Part shown: piece by piece, positions 54,131 through 64,000 of the stretch | Layout of the letters: every line of letters starts with the position of its first letter | How positions within the stretch are numbered: position 1 is the first letter of the stretch | NCBI GenBank assembly: GCA_030265395.1 | Contig: JARFYF010000053.1 | Location: forward strand, 36,427,724 to 36,491,723 | Origin: Rhina ancylostomus | Taxonomy: Eukaryota | Direction: 5' to 3' | DNA: 64,000 bases | The notes under the pieces: generated by a model | What the model was told of the DNA's origin: nothing | Database searches by the model: none | Seen by the model: the letters and a program-made list of their open reading frames with translations, nothing else | Made by a program: the position numbers and the translations under genes

Positions 54131-55947
54131 TTCTTGTCTTTTAAATCTGTTTGGTATGTTCCTTTTGTTTATGAAAATCTACTTCATTCATAGAGATTCT
54201 GGAAGAATTCGCACATCTTATTGAAGTTTATCTGTTGCTGCTAGTTGTAAAACTATCCATTTTATATGCATTTTACGCCACCAATTTTAATTGTCAAATA
54301 AAAAAAAGAGTAAACATGCAGAGTCATTGTTCTCCCGCAGAAACGACAGTATAAGGGTATTTTTGCAATACTGCCTCATCATGCTTTCTTGTCGATCTTT
54401 GACAGATAGCACAGCCTCATGTGAATTTACATTAGAGTAAAATAATTTGAATATGGTATGGGGCTGCCTGTTTCTGTAGGTTTCCAATGGATTTAGGAAC
54501 CGTTCCTTCAGCTCTTTCGGTAAATTTACCTCTAACATTTCTAATATAACGAAATTACACTTGTATTCCCTACACAAGAAACAGGCAACTGAAAAAATTC
54601 TTCTGTTATAATACTGGCTCAGATGCTAATGCGAGCAATTTTACTGGTGATAATGTTGATGTGCTGGACATCATGATGATGATGATGATAATTATTTTGA
54701 TGATGGCGATTATAGCATTGATATTGATGCTAGGGTTTGCAAAGGAACTGATGATATTGTATTGTCGTGGTGATCTGTTTTCTATTTTGACCCTATTTCT
54801 TTAAAATACCAGTGAAGGAAATAACAGAGAAGAAAGGCAGGCATGCCAACAAGCGGCAGCGAAACGCAAAGAACCATATTTTTGTACTAACCTATTTGTT
54901 GACAGTTGTCTTGTATTTTCTCCAATTCTGCAATAAACAAAGAAGCTATCGTGCTTATCCACAAATATGTTTTCCTCTGCGCGTGATAATCCACTCTGAA
55001 GTAAAATCACTGTCGAAGCAAACGGCCTTCGAGTAAAATGTAGAAGTAACTAACTCGAGTAATGAACCAACCACTTTTTTGCACTCTCCTAATCAACGGT
55101 ATAATCGACTCCAAAAAAGTATTAAACAGGAAGTTTATGTCTTTTCTGCTCAATATCCACTGCTGTTTGGAGTTGGATATCCTACGGCTGCCAACGTTTG
55201 AGCATCTGTGGTTGCCCAAGAAACAGAGAAATCGTGGTGTTCCTACATTTCCTGAATTTGTTATTCCCCGTATAGCTCCAATTGATGAACTGGAATGCTT
55301 AATTAGAGGAAGTTGTTTTTCTTTCTAAAAGGAACGTTTTTGCTAACTCCCCACCAAGCAGTTCCTTGTTTCGTCTTGGTGACAACCATTTAATTGCATA
55401 CCCAACGTCAATTTTCATTAAGTGGTACTGTTACGTCTCCTGCTAGTTTCGTTCTCTCTTTCCCATGAAATAGTCACACAATCACGTTCTAAAACCGAAG
55501 GATATCTGTGCGCAGGAAACCCATTAAAATAGATAACACTTTAAAAAACCCAATATACTATAAAGAGTAAGAGGAATATTACGTCAAAGCAGCAAGTGCA
55601 GACATATTACCTCCATCGAAGAAGACATCTATACTTGTTTGTTCACACTTGTCATAAACATTTAGTTTTGGTCACACTACAGTGTGCACAACTAATGCGC
55701 TCAGTTTTCCATCCTATGGTTGTGTCCATTTTGTATTCCCTTAATTAATGACAGAATACAGGGAGGGAAGGAGAACTCAAACTAACTGGAGTTAAACGTA
55801 ATTGTAGTTGAAGTCGCAGACAGATGACATATTGCCCCAATAACACGTATTGTTCACAAACGATAATAGGGATATGATGCACATTATTTATCAGGAACAA
55901 TCACAATAGTTCAACAGAGTAAGTTGTCATTATTTTTGTTAATACAG

Positions 55948-56012
55948 CTCAGAGATGGTGGTGAAAAAGCAGGAGAAGCTCAGGTCAACCAGTCTTTCTC
56001 AAACTGGATGAG
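55948..56012 (+). CDS. ZNF408: ZNF408/PRDM17-like internal exon (PR/SET domain, ...QSFSNWMR)
   Basis: Acceptor 'tttttgttaatacag' and donor 'GAG|gtaatg'. 65 bp translate LRDGGEKAGEAQVNQSFSNWM(R), containing the PRDM hallmark SNWMR. The phase-2 end joins the next exon in frame (AG+A = R). Too short for the ORF track. Confidence 0.85.
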
Positions 56013-57666
56013 GTAATGCCCTTTCTAATGTATACAGATTTAACAATCAACGAAGATTTCCAGAGAATGAGTTTTACACTTTGATTTATTCTAAATCCTA
56101 ATTTGATCTCACTGGACTATCTGTTCTCCCACAATTTCCTTTGGTTTTTGGGAGGGTTGGAATACTGTAATGTTCCAATAAGAGTCAATGCATGATTTTT
56201 CCAATAAAGCTGGTATCCTGGCACCTTAACTTAGACTAGCACAGTGAATCATGACCTGAACTTGTGAAGAGAATTAATATCATAATGGTCTTGAGTGTTA
56301 GAATATTCTCAAGTTAAACTTTATACATGAGTATACTCCAATGTTGTTTTAAAAGCATGGTCACACATAACTCCTGTCATAACCACATCAGTCAGGACTG
56401 ACTGCTGCAGCTCAATAAATCTATTGATCCAAAAGATAGTGGTGCTATGATTAAATCAGTCACTAGTTACTGCATAGACTTGAAGGCTTTATTAATTAAT
56501 ATCAAGAGTTGTTATTGGTGCCAGGGACTCAACTGAGCTGAATATTGGGTCTATTCAGTTCTTTTCCATTCATAATTTAGCTCCCCTTTGATACATAGAA
56601 ATAAGTTGGTCCTGTGACACAGCTTCATCAAGCCTAGAAGTAACAATACACTCGAATTTCATCTTCATTTTGTAGGGCTAACTGCGTGCAAGCTTATCAG
56701 CTGCCAGTTGTTCTTGCTTTCCACTTGTTCACTTGGTTCTATTAATGTCAGTGTCATTAAATGTGTGAAGCTAATGGCCACTGGTATTTAATTCTCTATT
56801 ATGGATTCAGCTCCAGTGACCGAAGACTACTTGTTTCCTCATTATCTTGAGGTGGTTTCACCGTCCCACACAACACTTTAGAAAGGGTTGATTCGTACAT
56901 GAGTGCAAGTATTCTCCATTTTAGTAAAGATCTGTGGAATTGAGATCATGAAAATGGTTTGGAGGAACAGCTGAAATGATCAAATTGGCTTTTATTCATT
57001 CCTGCTGCAATCTGTCCTTATTATTACCATAAAAGATTGCCTGTAAATGGCTAATTTTTCTCTGAAGATCAGTCTTTTAACCAACCAGCTTCACTACATT
57101 TTTGATGCTGCCGGCCAAATGTTTAAATGCAGAATTTTGTGCTGATTTGATCTCTCAAACAAAAATATAAATATTTCATCCTACACCAATCTCAAAGGAG
57201 ATTAGTCATGAGTCATCCCAAAATAATTATAAAATGAATCAGCTGTTTTGGAGGATACTGGGAAATCACCATAGGCTATAATCTAATTGGTTCAGGTGGA
57301 ATCATAAACTGCAACAAATTGCAGTTGTCCGATCAGTGAATCATGCACGGATGCACATTACAGTTCTGAGAAAAATGTATTTTGTTTATGATATTTTGGC
57401 ATAACATTCCCCTTTTATTCCCCTCAAACCTCACAACTGTTCCCCAATATCACAAAACTCATGCCTCAATGTCTACTCCTGTAACACTGTGATGGAGATG
57501 TGCATGGAGAAGGATGAGGGAAACCTGGGCATTTTAAGTCAACATTATATCAATGTAGTTAAATAAAACAAGCTTAGAATTGGCAAAATAGAAAGTTGTT
57601 GCAAATGATGGTTACAAAGGCCCAGCCACAGTTACAGATGGATAATACAACAGCTGTTTTTTACAG

Positions 57667-57863
57667 ATATGCAAACAAAGCAAGAACAAAAGAAGAGAGC
57701 AATGCAGTCATTTTCCAGTTTTATGGGAAGATCTACTATCGGGTTTGTAAAACTATTGAATTGGGCCAAGAGCTTCTATTATGGCCTGAGGAGAAGCAGC
57801 TTCGAACAGCACAGGAGCTAAGTCACACACAAAAGGACAATGAAATTGTCAATGTTTGCACAG
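57667..57863 (+). CDS. ZNF408: ZNF408/PRDM17-like exon, C-terminal part of PR/SET domain
   Basis: Acceptor 'gttttttacag', donor 'CAG|gtatac'. Translates YANKARTKEESNAVIFQFYGKIYYRVCKTIELGQELLLWPEEK..., matching the PR-domain pattern (PRDM9 YVNCAR..EEQNLVAFQY..IFYR....I.PG.ELLVWY). ELLLWP is the ending I recall for human ZNF408. Confidence 0.92.
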
Positions 57864-57934
57864 GTATACATGCTCTTAAAATCTTCCATATCCTCATGTA
57901 GGTAGCATGCATTTTTGTTTCATTTATCTGTTTG

Positions 57935-58140
57935 CGTGATGTGGACATCACTGGCACTGCCAGCATTTAAAGTGCATCCCCAAACGCTCCAGAACTGAGG
58001 ATGCAGTTAAGAGTCAATCACGTCAGTAGATCTGGAGTCACATACAGGCCAGATTGGATATGAGAAACAATTCCCTTCCTTGAGGGACATTAGTGAACCA
58101 TGTGGGTTTTTATGATGATCCCATAATTCTCATGGTTATT
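57935..58140. mobile_element. Elasmobranch L2/SINE-type repeat fragment in ZNF408 intron
   Basis: 'catcactggcactgccagcattta...gcagttaagagtcaa..ac...tctggagtcacatacaggccaga...gacattagtgaacca'. Confidence 0.55.
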
Positions 58141-58211
58141 GATATTGATACACTTGGCCTAAATTTCAAACAATCAGGTGACCTTTGATTCATGGATGGT
58201 TCGTTACTTTA

Positions 58212-58540
58212 ATCAGAGAGAGCATGGAAACAGGCTTTTCAGCCCACCAAGTGCACACTGACCATCAAGGACCCATTTACATTAATCCTATCCTAATCCA
58301 TTTTATTCTCCCCATTCCCATCAGTTTCCCTCCGCTTTTACCACTCACCTATACACAAGGGGAAATTTATAGTGGCCATTTAATCTACTGGGAGGAAACT
58401 GGAGAACCCAGGGGAAACCCAGGCAGTCACAGGAAAAATGTGCAAATTCAACACAGACTGCACTGGAGGTCAGGGTTGAACGATGCTATCTTGAGCTCTG
58501 AGGCAGCAGCTCCATTACCTGGGCCGTTGTGCCACCGCCC
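58212..58540 (-). mobile_element. V-SINE (HE1-like), near full length
   Basis: 'gggaggaaactggagaacccaggggaaacccaggcagtcacagg..aatgtgcaaa..cacagac' (V domain), 'ggaggtcagggttgaac' (B box reversed), CR1-type tail 'agcatggaaacaggc'. Confidence 0.85.
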
Positions 58541-58835
58541 ACATTTCCTGAGGGGAAACAGATTAACACAATGCAGTTGTTAAAAACCAAGCAGCCAACG
58601 TGTGTCATTATTTTCTGTAACTTGCACATTGTGCATCAATACTCTAAGGTATATTCCTTTCAGGTACATTCTTCCAAGGTATATGCCTTCAATTCTCTTT
58701 TAAGCTTGGAACATAATCTCAGTCCAATAAAGTTGCTGTATACAGGGTTTGGTACTGTGTAACTTTAAATTATACTATAATTGCACAGAGTTAATGAAGT
58801 TTTTGATACAAAAAGCTCTGATCTCTTGTTAACAG

Positions 58836-59792
58836 ATGTATTGGATAAAGAGCCTGAGGACAGAATACCAGGAAATGCTGCTGAAAAGTCAGCTGAGGTA
58901 TCTCAATCTATGCAACTGTGCCCCAAGTTAACTGTAGAAGAAAAGGAGCCAGAATGTAAGAACATGGTGAAAATCGATCAGCCTGTTAAAAGGTCGCAGC
59001 GGCTTCTAATCAAACGTGAAATTCAGAACAAACTGTCAGAGAAGAAAGTGAACTGGCTTGCCTTGAAACGCAGATCAAAGTTAAGCAGGGCCAAAAACAC
59101 TGAGCAAGCAGTTATTTCCTCCAAACAGGATTACACTGAGAAGCAGAATGAACCTGGGATTTACAAACGGGCACAAGATGCTAGTGACATTGAGGTTAAA
59201 AGGTTGAAGAAAAATAATGAGTTTGGACTCGGTGAAAGGACTTTGCGATCATCAATATGCAGCAAGACTTTTGGAAGTTCTGCAGCTGGAAGAGCTCGAA
59301 TGATACACACTGGACTCGGTTCAAACATGCTGAAAGTTCAGGTAGCACAAGAGGACGTACTGAAAAAGAACATGAGGAGGAAAACAAATTTGAGATACAA
59401 TCAGAAGAGGAATAATGAGGGCATAGAGGAGTGTTGTGAGCAAAACACAGAGACCAAGCCAGCTGAGGATTGTGTGGAAGCAAAATCAGGTGGAGATTTG
59501 ACCATGTGTCACATGAAGGTGGAGGGGAAAAAACCTCCAGTGGAAAATGGAGATCATGTACAAGCAAAGGAAAATCCCATGGCGAAAACCAAATTAGGGG
59601 GAAGTAAGAAGTTTTGTCGGCGTGACAGTTCCCAGATTGACCCCAGTGAGAGGAGGTACCGGTGTGACGACTGTGGGAAAGGTTTCATCCAGTTATGCCA
59701 CCTAAAGAAGCATCGGTTCACTCACACGGGGTACAAACCATACATGTGCAATGAGTGCGGGAAGCGCTACAGCTCTGAGGAGAGTTTTAAAG
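58836..59792 (+). CDS. ZNF408: ZNF408/PRDM17-like large exon: linker, C2H2 finger 1 and first half of finger 2
   Basis: Acceptor 'ctcttgttaacag' (phase 1, G+AT = D), open 957 bp, donor 'AAAG|gtaaat'. The C-terminal [47 protein letters not shown] is 36/47 identical to human ZNF408 as I recall it ([47 protein letters not shown]). Confidence 0.92.
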
Positions 59793-60184
59793 GTAAATTA
59801 TGCTTTACTATCAGCCATTTTCTCGTTAGTAGTGAGTTGAAATTCAGTGAATGTGTTCATATATTGTGTGTTTGATTTTTTTTTCCATTATTTACACTAA
59901 ACCAGTGTATCTTAGGGAGGAAAGGTAAGAGAACACTTCTTAAATTCCTGAAAAAGAGGTAATTCTGACTTAAACCATTTGTAAAATGCTCCCCTGCCCC
60001 CCTTGACATTGCTTCTTGTGCCATCTGGTAGAATGGCTTATAGACCTCTGCAAGTAATTGATGTTCCTTTAGCAGCATGATGGATTTGCTGGAATAGGAG
60101 GAAACAGTCTTCCTCATTCATTGGCACTTTAAATCAGGATATGGTTTGCTGGTAAAGGTATTTAATGGAGGATCAGCAGATACA

Positions 60185-60379
60185 GCACTGCATTTGTATA
60201 TCCCCTTTCACAATCTCAGGGCCACCTGCAGCCGTTCACAACTTTGGAAGTGTAGTTAGTGCTGTGAGAAGGATTGGCAGCAGCCCAATTGCATTCAGCA
60301 AGGTCCCAAAGCAAACAATGAGTTGGTAGCTAGATGATGTATCTTAATGATGTAGTTCGTGGATTGAATGTTGAACCAA
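60185..60379 (-). mobile_element. Deu-domain SINE (AmnSINE1/SacSINE1-like) fragment
   Basis: 'tgcatttgtatatcccctttcacaatctcagg...tttggaagtgtagt...gcagcccaattgcattcagcaaggtcccaaa' matches the Deu-SINE 3' part as I recall it. Confidence 0.65.
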
Positions 60380-60984
60380 NNNNNNNNNNNNNNNNNNNNN
60401 NNNNNNNNNNNNNNNNNNNNNNNNNNNNNNNNNNNNNNNNNNNNNNNNNNNNNNNNNNNNNNNNNNNNNNNNNNNNNNNTCGCTTAAGGTGAAAAAACAA
60501 AATGGAGCGGATTTTTTACAGTATTGATCAAATTAGATTCTATTTTGATGGCGTGAATGAGCATAATATTCCAATACCAATAACACAAAATACTCTCGGA
60601 ATATTGATGGAGGAATTGTTATCTTTCTGTGCACTAGTCGCTGATGCACTTGAATCCTCTGTATAATAGAAGGATCCAATGAGAATTAATTGGAAGTTTC
60701 ATGGTAGAATTAGCCTATTTCTAAAAAAAACGAGATATATGTAGAGTAAAAAGAAAATTGTAGAAAATGCAGAAACAAATAATGTCTGTTTCCAGGATAC
60801 AATGGCTAGATTTCTGGATTTCTTCATTTATGTCAATAGGTAGTACAAATCTCTTACACCAAGGTCCTCTGCACTGTTAATCACCCGAGTCTGTGTATGC
60901 CAAAACAACGTTTCTTTCATACGCTGAATATTTTTGCTTATGGCGCAATTTTCCTGAAACAATCATACAGAACTAGTTATGTTT

Positions 60985-61860
60985 CTTGGAAACATACAGC
61001 ATAGAAAGAGGTCGTTCGCCCCGCCTCGCACCTCCCCAACTCCAGGTCCACCCAGACCATCATTTTGTATTTATCCTATTTTACACACCTGGAAAACAGC
61101 CTTCTGTACCCCCCCCCCAACTAGGGAAGTGCATTTCAATTCCATAAATCGTTTGGAGAAAAAAAACATAATCTTCCCCAGATCTCTGCGTTTGGGAATT
61201 TGCCACACACACACGACAAGTTTAGTTAGTTTTGGAAGTTAACGTTCGGGGGTTAACATTTTTACTTCTAACATTCTAACATTTTTACCAAAATAACCAC
61301 CGGGTAACTATGTGCACTAATATCATTTACACTAGTCTTTGCTTTGTAGCCCAGTATATCTTAACGTTTGGCTATTTATGCCTCATAAATTTGCATAACC
61401 TAATCAGGTCCCTGTCCATCTTCCTATGCTCCGCATGTTGTAACGCTTCATCCCATCAATATTTTCGTGTATTTCCTCTGCATCGTCTCCAGTGAAATCA
61501 CGTGCGGTAGTGGGACGATAAGAACTCCATACATCATTCAAGCTGTGGTCTAACCAATACTTGCAAATTTATACCAAGGGCTCCCTGTTCTTATGTTCTA
61601 TTTACTACTAACTTATACATTCTTCACCACTTGATCTATCTGTACAACCACGGCCAGCGATCTTTGGACTTGTCTGCGAAGTTGCTTTTATTCCGCAGTA
61701 ATCATAAACCTCTACCATTCATGGAGCATGTATCACTCTGCAGTGAAAGAACATCCTCTTCATTATTAAGAACATAATCGATATTCGTGTCACGTGCTAA
61801 CCTGTTGATCATACCTCCGACCTTCATGTCAAAGTTGTTGATGCAAGTCATGATAACATT
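60985..61860 (-). mobile_element. CR1 fragments with embedded LTR-like piece (61191-61288)
   Basis: 'gaaacatacagcatagaaagaggtcgttcgccc' tail; 'aagctgtggtctaaccaa', 'attcttcaccacttgatctatctgt'. Confidence 0.6.
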
Positions 61861-62317
61861 TTACATTTTACTTCACTCCGAAACTGGGGTCGCAAACCAA
61901 AGCAAAGAAAACTGTAAAGATACCGATAGAGAGCTGGTGCTGCGGGATTGAGAGAACGTGTTGAGGTGTACGACAGTGGGCAGACAGCGGTTATTATTTA
62001 GGAACAGATAGGTTTCAAAACATGCATTCTCCTCAGGCAAGAAACCTCAAAAAAGCAGCTCCTCCGTGACTGCAAAAGAAATTGCATTATATCAAATCAC
62101 AGGTGAGGCTCCAAAGACAAGGGAAAATTATACTGCTATTGCAGGAAGTTCATGGAAGGGTTATTGGGCTGATCCACAGAATGATCTCTGGACGGATTGT
62201 ATTATATGAAAGGTTGGTTGTTTAGCTTTGTACTCGTGGAAATTAGGTGATCATATTGAGACACAAATTCATGAGTATGGGGATGTGGACAGAAAGAATA
62301 TTTCCAATTACATTCAC

Positions 62318-63670
62318 CATCATGAACTGCTTCAAGAGGCTGGTCATGGCACGATTTAACTAGAGCAATGCAGGCAATCTCTACCCACTGCAATTTGCCT
62401 ACCACCGAAACTGATGGAAGGCGAACGCCATCTCGCTGGTTCTACATTCATCTCTGGAACATCGAGACAGCAAAGGTACCTAGGTTAGACTATTGTTTAT
62501 TGACTACAGATCCGTGCTCAATACTATAATCACAAGCAAACTTATCACTAAACTGCAGGGCCTGGGACTCAACCCTCACTGCAACTGAATCTTTGACTTC
62601 CTGACCAATAGACCACAATCAACAAGGATAAGCAGAAACACCTCCGCTACAATTATTGTCAAACCTCGTGCCCTACAAAGCTGCGTCCACAGCCCCTTAC
62701 CAGACTCCCTATAGACTCATGTCAGCATGACTAGATTCTGCTCTAACTCCATCTACGTTTGCAGATGATAACACCATTGTGGGCTGTATTTCAAATAATA
62801 ATGAGTAGGGCAACAGGAAGGAGATCTCGAGCTTAGTAACATGGTTTCACGAAAAAAAAACTTGCCGTCAATGTCAGCAAAGTAAGAGAACTGGTCATTG
62901 ACTTCAGGAAGCTAGCGGTGCAGATGCGGCTGTGTTTGTCAACGGCGCTGAGGTTGATTGGATTGAGAGCTTCAAGCTCCTTGGAGTGAACACCACCAAT
63001 ATACTGTCCTCGTTCAAGCAGGTAGACGCCACGGCCAAGAAAGCTCACCAACGCAACTATTTCTTCAGACGAAAAAATTGGAATGTCCCCGTCGACCCTC
63101 GCCAATTTTTATCGATGACTCATAGAAAGTATCCTGTCCAGATGCTTCACGGCTTGTTGTGGCAACTGCTCTGCCTAGGACCGCAAGAAACAGCAGAGAG
63201 TTGTGGACACAGCTCTAAAATATGGAAACCAGCCTCTTCTCCATGGACCATATCCGTACTTCAAGCTGACTCGGTAAAGCAGCCAGCAGAGTCAGGGACC
63301 CCGCCCACCTCCGACATTCTCTCTTCTGCACTTTCACATCGGGCGAAAGATACAAAACCGTTGAAGAACATTACGCCAGGCTCAAGGACAGCTTCTATCC
63401 CGCTGTTTTAAGAAAATTGAACGGTTCGCTAGCATGATAAGATGGACTGTTGACTTCTCAATCTACCTCTTTATTAACCTGCTCCTTATTGCTACCTGTA
63501 GGGCACTTTCTCTGTAGTTGTTACATTTTATTCTGTATTCTATATTGTTTTAACTTGTACTACCTCAATGCACTGTGGAATAAATTGATTTGTATGGAAG
63601 TGTGCAAGACAAGTTTTTCACTGTACCTCGGTGCATCTGACAATAAAGTAACAACACCAATTCCAATCCC
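62318..63670 (+). mobile_element. Rex1/Babar LINE, RT to 3' tail (pseudogenised)
   Basis: Translated pieces PLQFAY, VRLLFIDY, FADD-like 'tttgcagatgataacaccattgtggg', RELVIDFRK, NGAEVDWIESFKLLGV, AKKAHQR; tail 'gacaataaa...ccaattccaat'. Confidence 0.9.
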
Positions 63671-63699
63671 ATGCGAATTTATCACTGGCTGCGTCCTAT

Positions 63700-63950
63700 C
63701 AAAATAAGGGAACTTGCGCTTGAGATCGAAAAGAGGGATTACTTTTCTGCAAGGGTTGTCGGTCTTTGATATGCATTACTTTAGAAAGCTGTGTAGCATA
63801 AGTCCCTGAATATATTGAACTCTGGGACAGATGTTCTAAGCAATAACNNNNNNNNNNCCGGGGCGGGGAGGGAATCAGGAAAAGAATCCTGAGCCAGGAT
63901 CCTATTGAGTGGAGGTTCTGAGTAACTCAATCGTCTACTCCTGCTGCGAT
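63700..63950 (+). mobile_element. CR1 3' fragment
   Basis: 'ttacttttctgcaagggttgtcggtctttg...gccaggatcctattgagtgg...tactcctgct'. Confidence 0.6.
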
Positions 63951-64000
63951 GTATTTTTTTCTTTATTGATTTGAACCATAGTGGCCTTCTCGACCGTTGC

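Noticed and set aside
56535-56561. 10-bp hairpin inside the ZNF408 intron
   Set aside because: Serves as a control: stems of this size occur in ordinary intronic DNA, so I do not call a miRNA cluster from the hairpins elsewhere.
57596-59875. Calling the gene PRDM9
   Set aside because: No KRAB/SSXRD or tandem minisatellite finger array; the finger sequence and ELLLWP match ZNF408.
1-64000. CRISPR arrays, tRNA/rRNA genes, prokaryotic operons
   Set aside because: Eukaryotic sequence; no regularly spaced repeats; the only tRNA-like boxes belong to SINEs.

Overview
Vertebrate nuclear DNA from a gapped short-read scaffold. The repeat families (V-SINE/HE1-like, Deu-SINE, CR1, Rex1/Babar, Penelope-like, RTE, L1) suggest a cartilaginous fish (shark or ray); this is inference. 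Most of the window is AT-rich, non-coding and filled with decayed retroelement fragments. The only protein-coding signal I can support is three in-phase exons (55948-56012, 57667-57863, 58836-59792, + strand) of a ZNF408/PRDM17 homologue: C-terminal half of a PR/SET domain, a linker and about 1.5 C2H2 fingers. I found no upstream or downstream exons. The most striking structure is compositional. The ~4.5 kb ZNF408 block is CpG-depleted like normal methylated vertebrate DNA (hand count ~5 CpG/kb), while the flanks on both sides, including their old TE copies, show little CpG depletion (~25-30 CpG/kb in sampled stretches). This suggests a large, long-term germline-hypomethylated, TE-rich domain (piRNA-cluster-like is one hypothesis) with a gene fragment inserted or mis-joined into it. 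Also present: two related solo LTRs with 5-bp TSDs, a truncated L1 with a 10-bp TSD, Penelope-like repeats carrying decayed hammerhead-ribozyme motifs, and several pre-miRNA-sized hairpins whose significance I cannot establish by eye. TE boundaries are approximate and family calls rest on motif recognition, not database searches.
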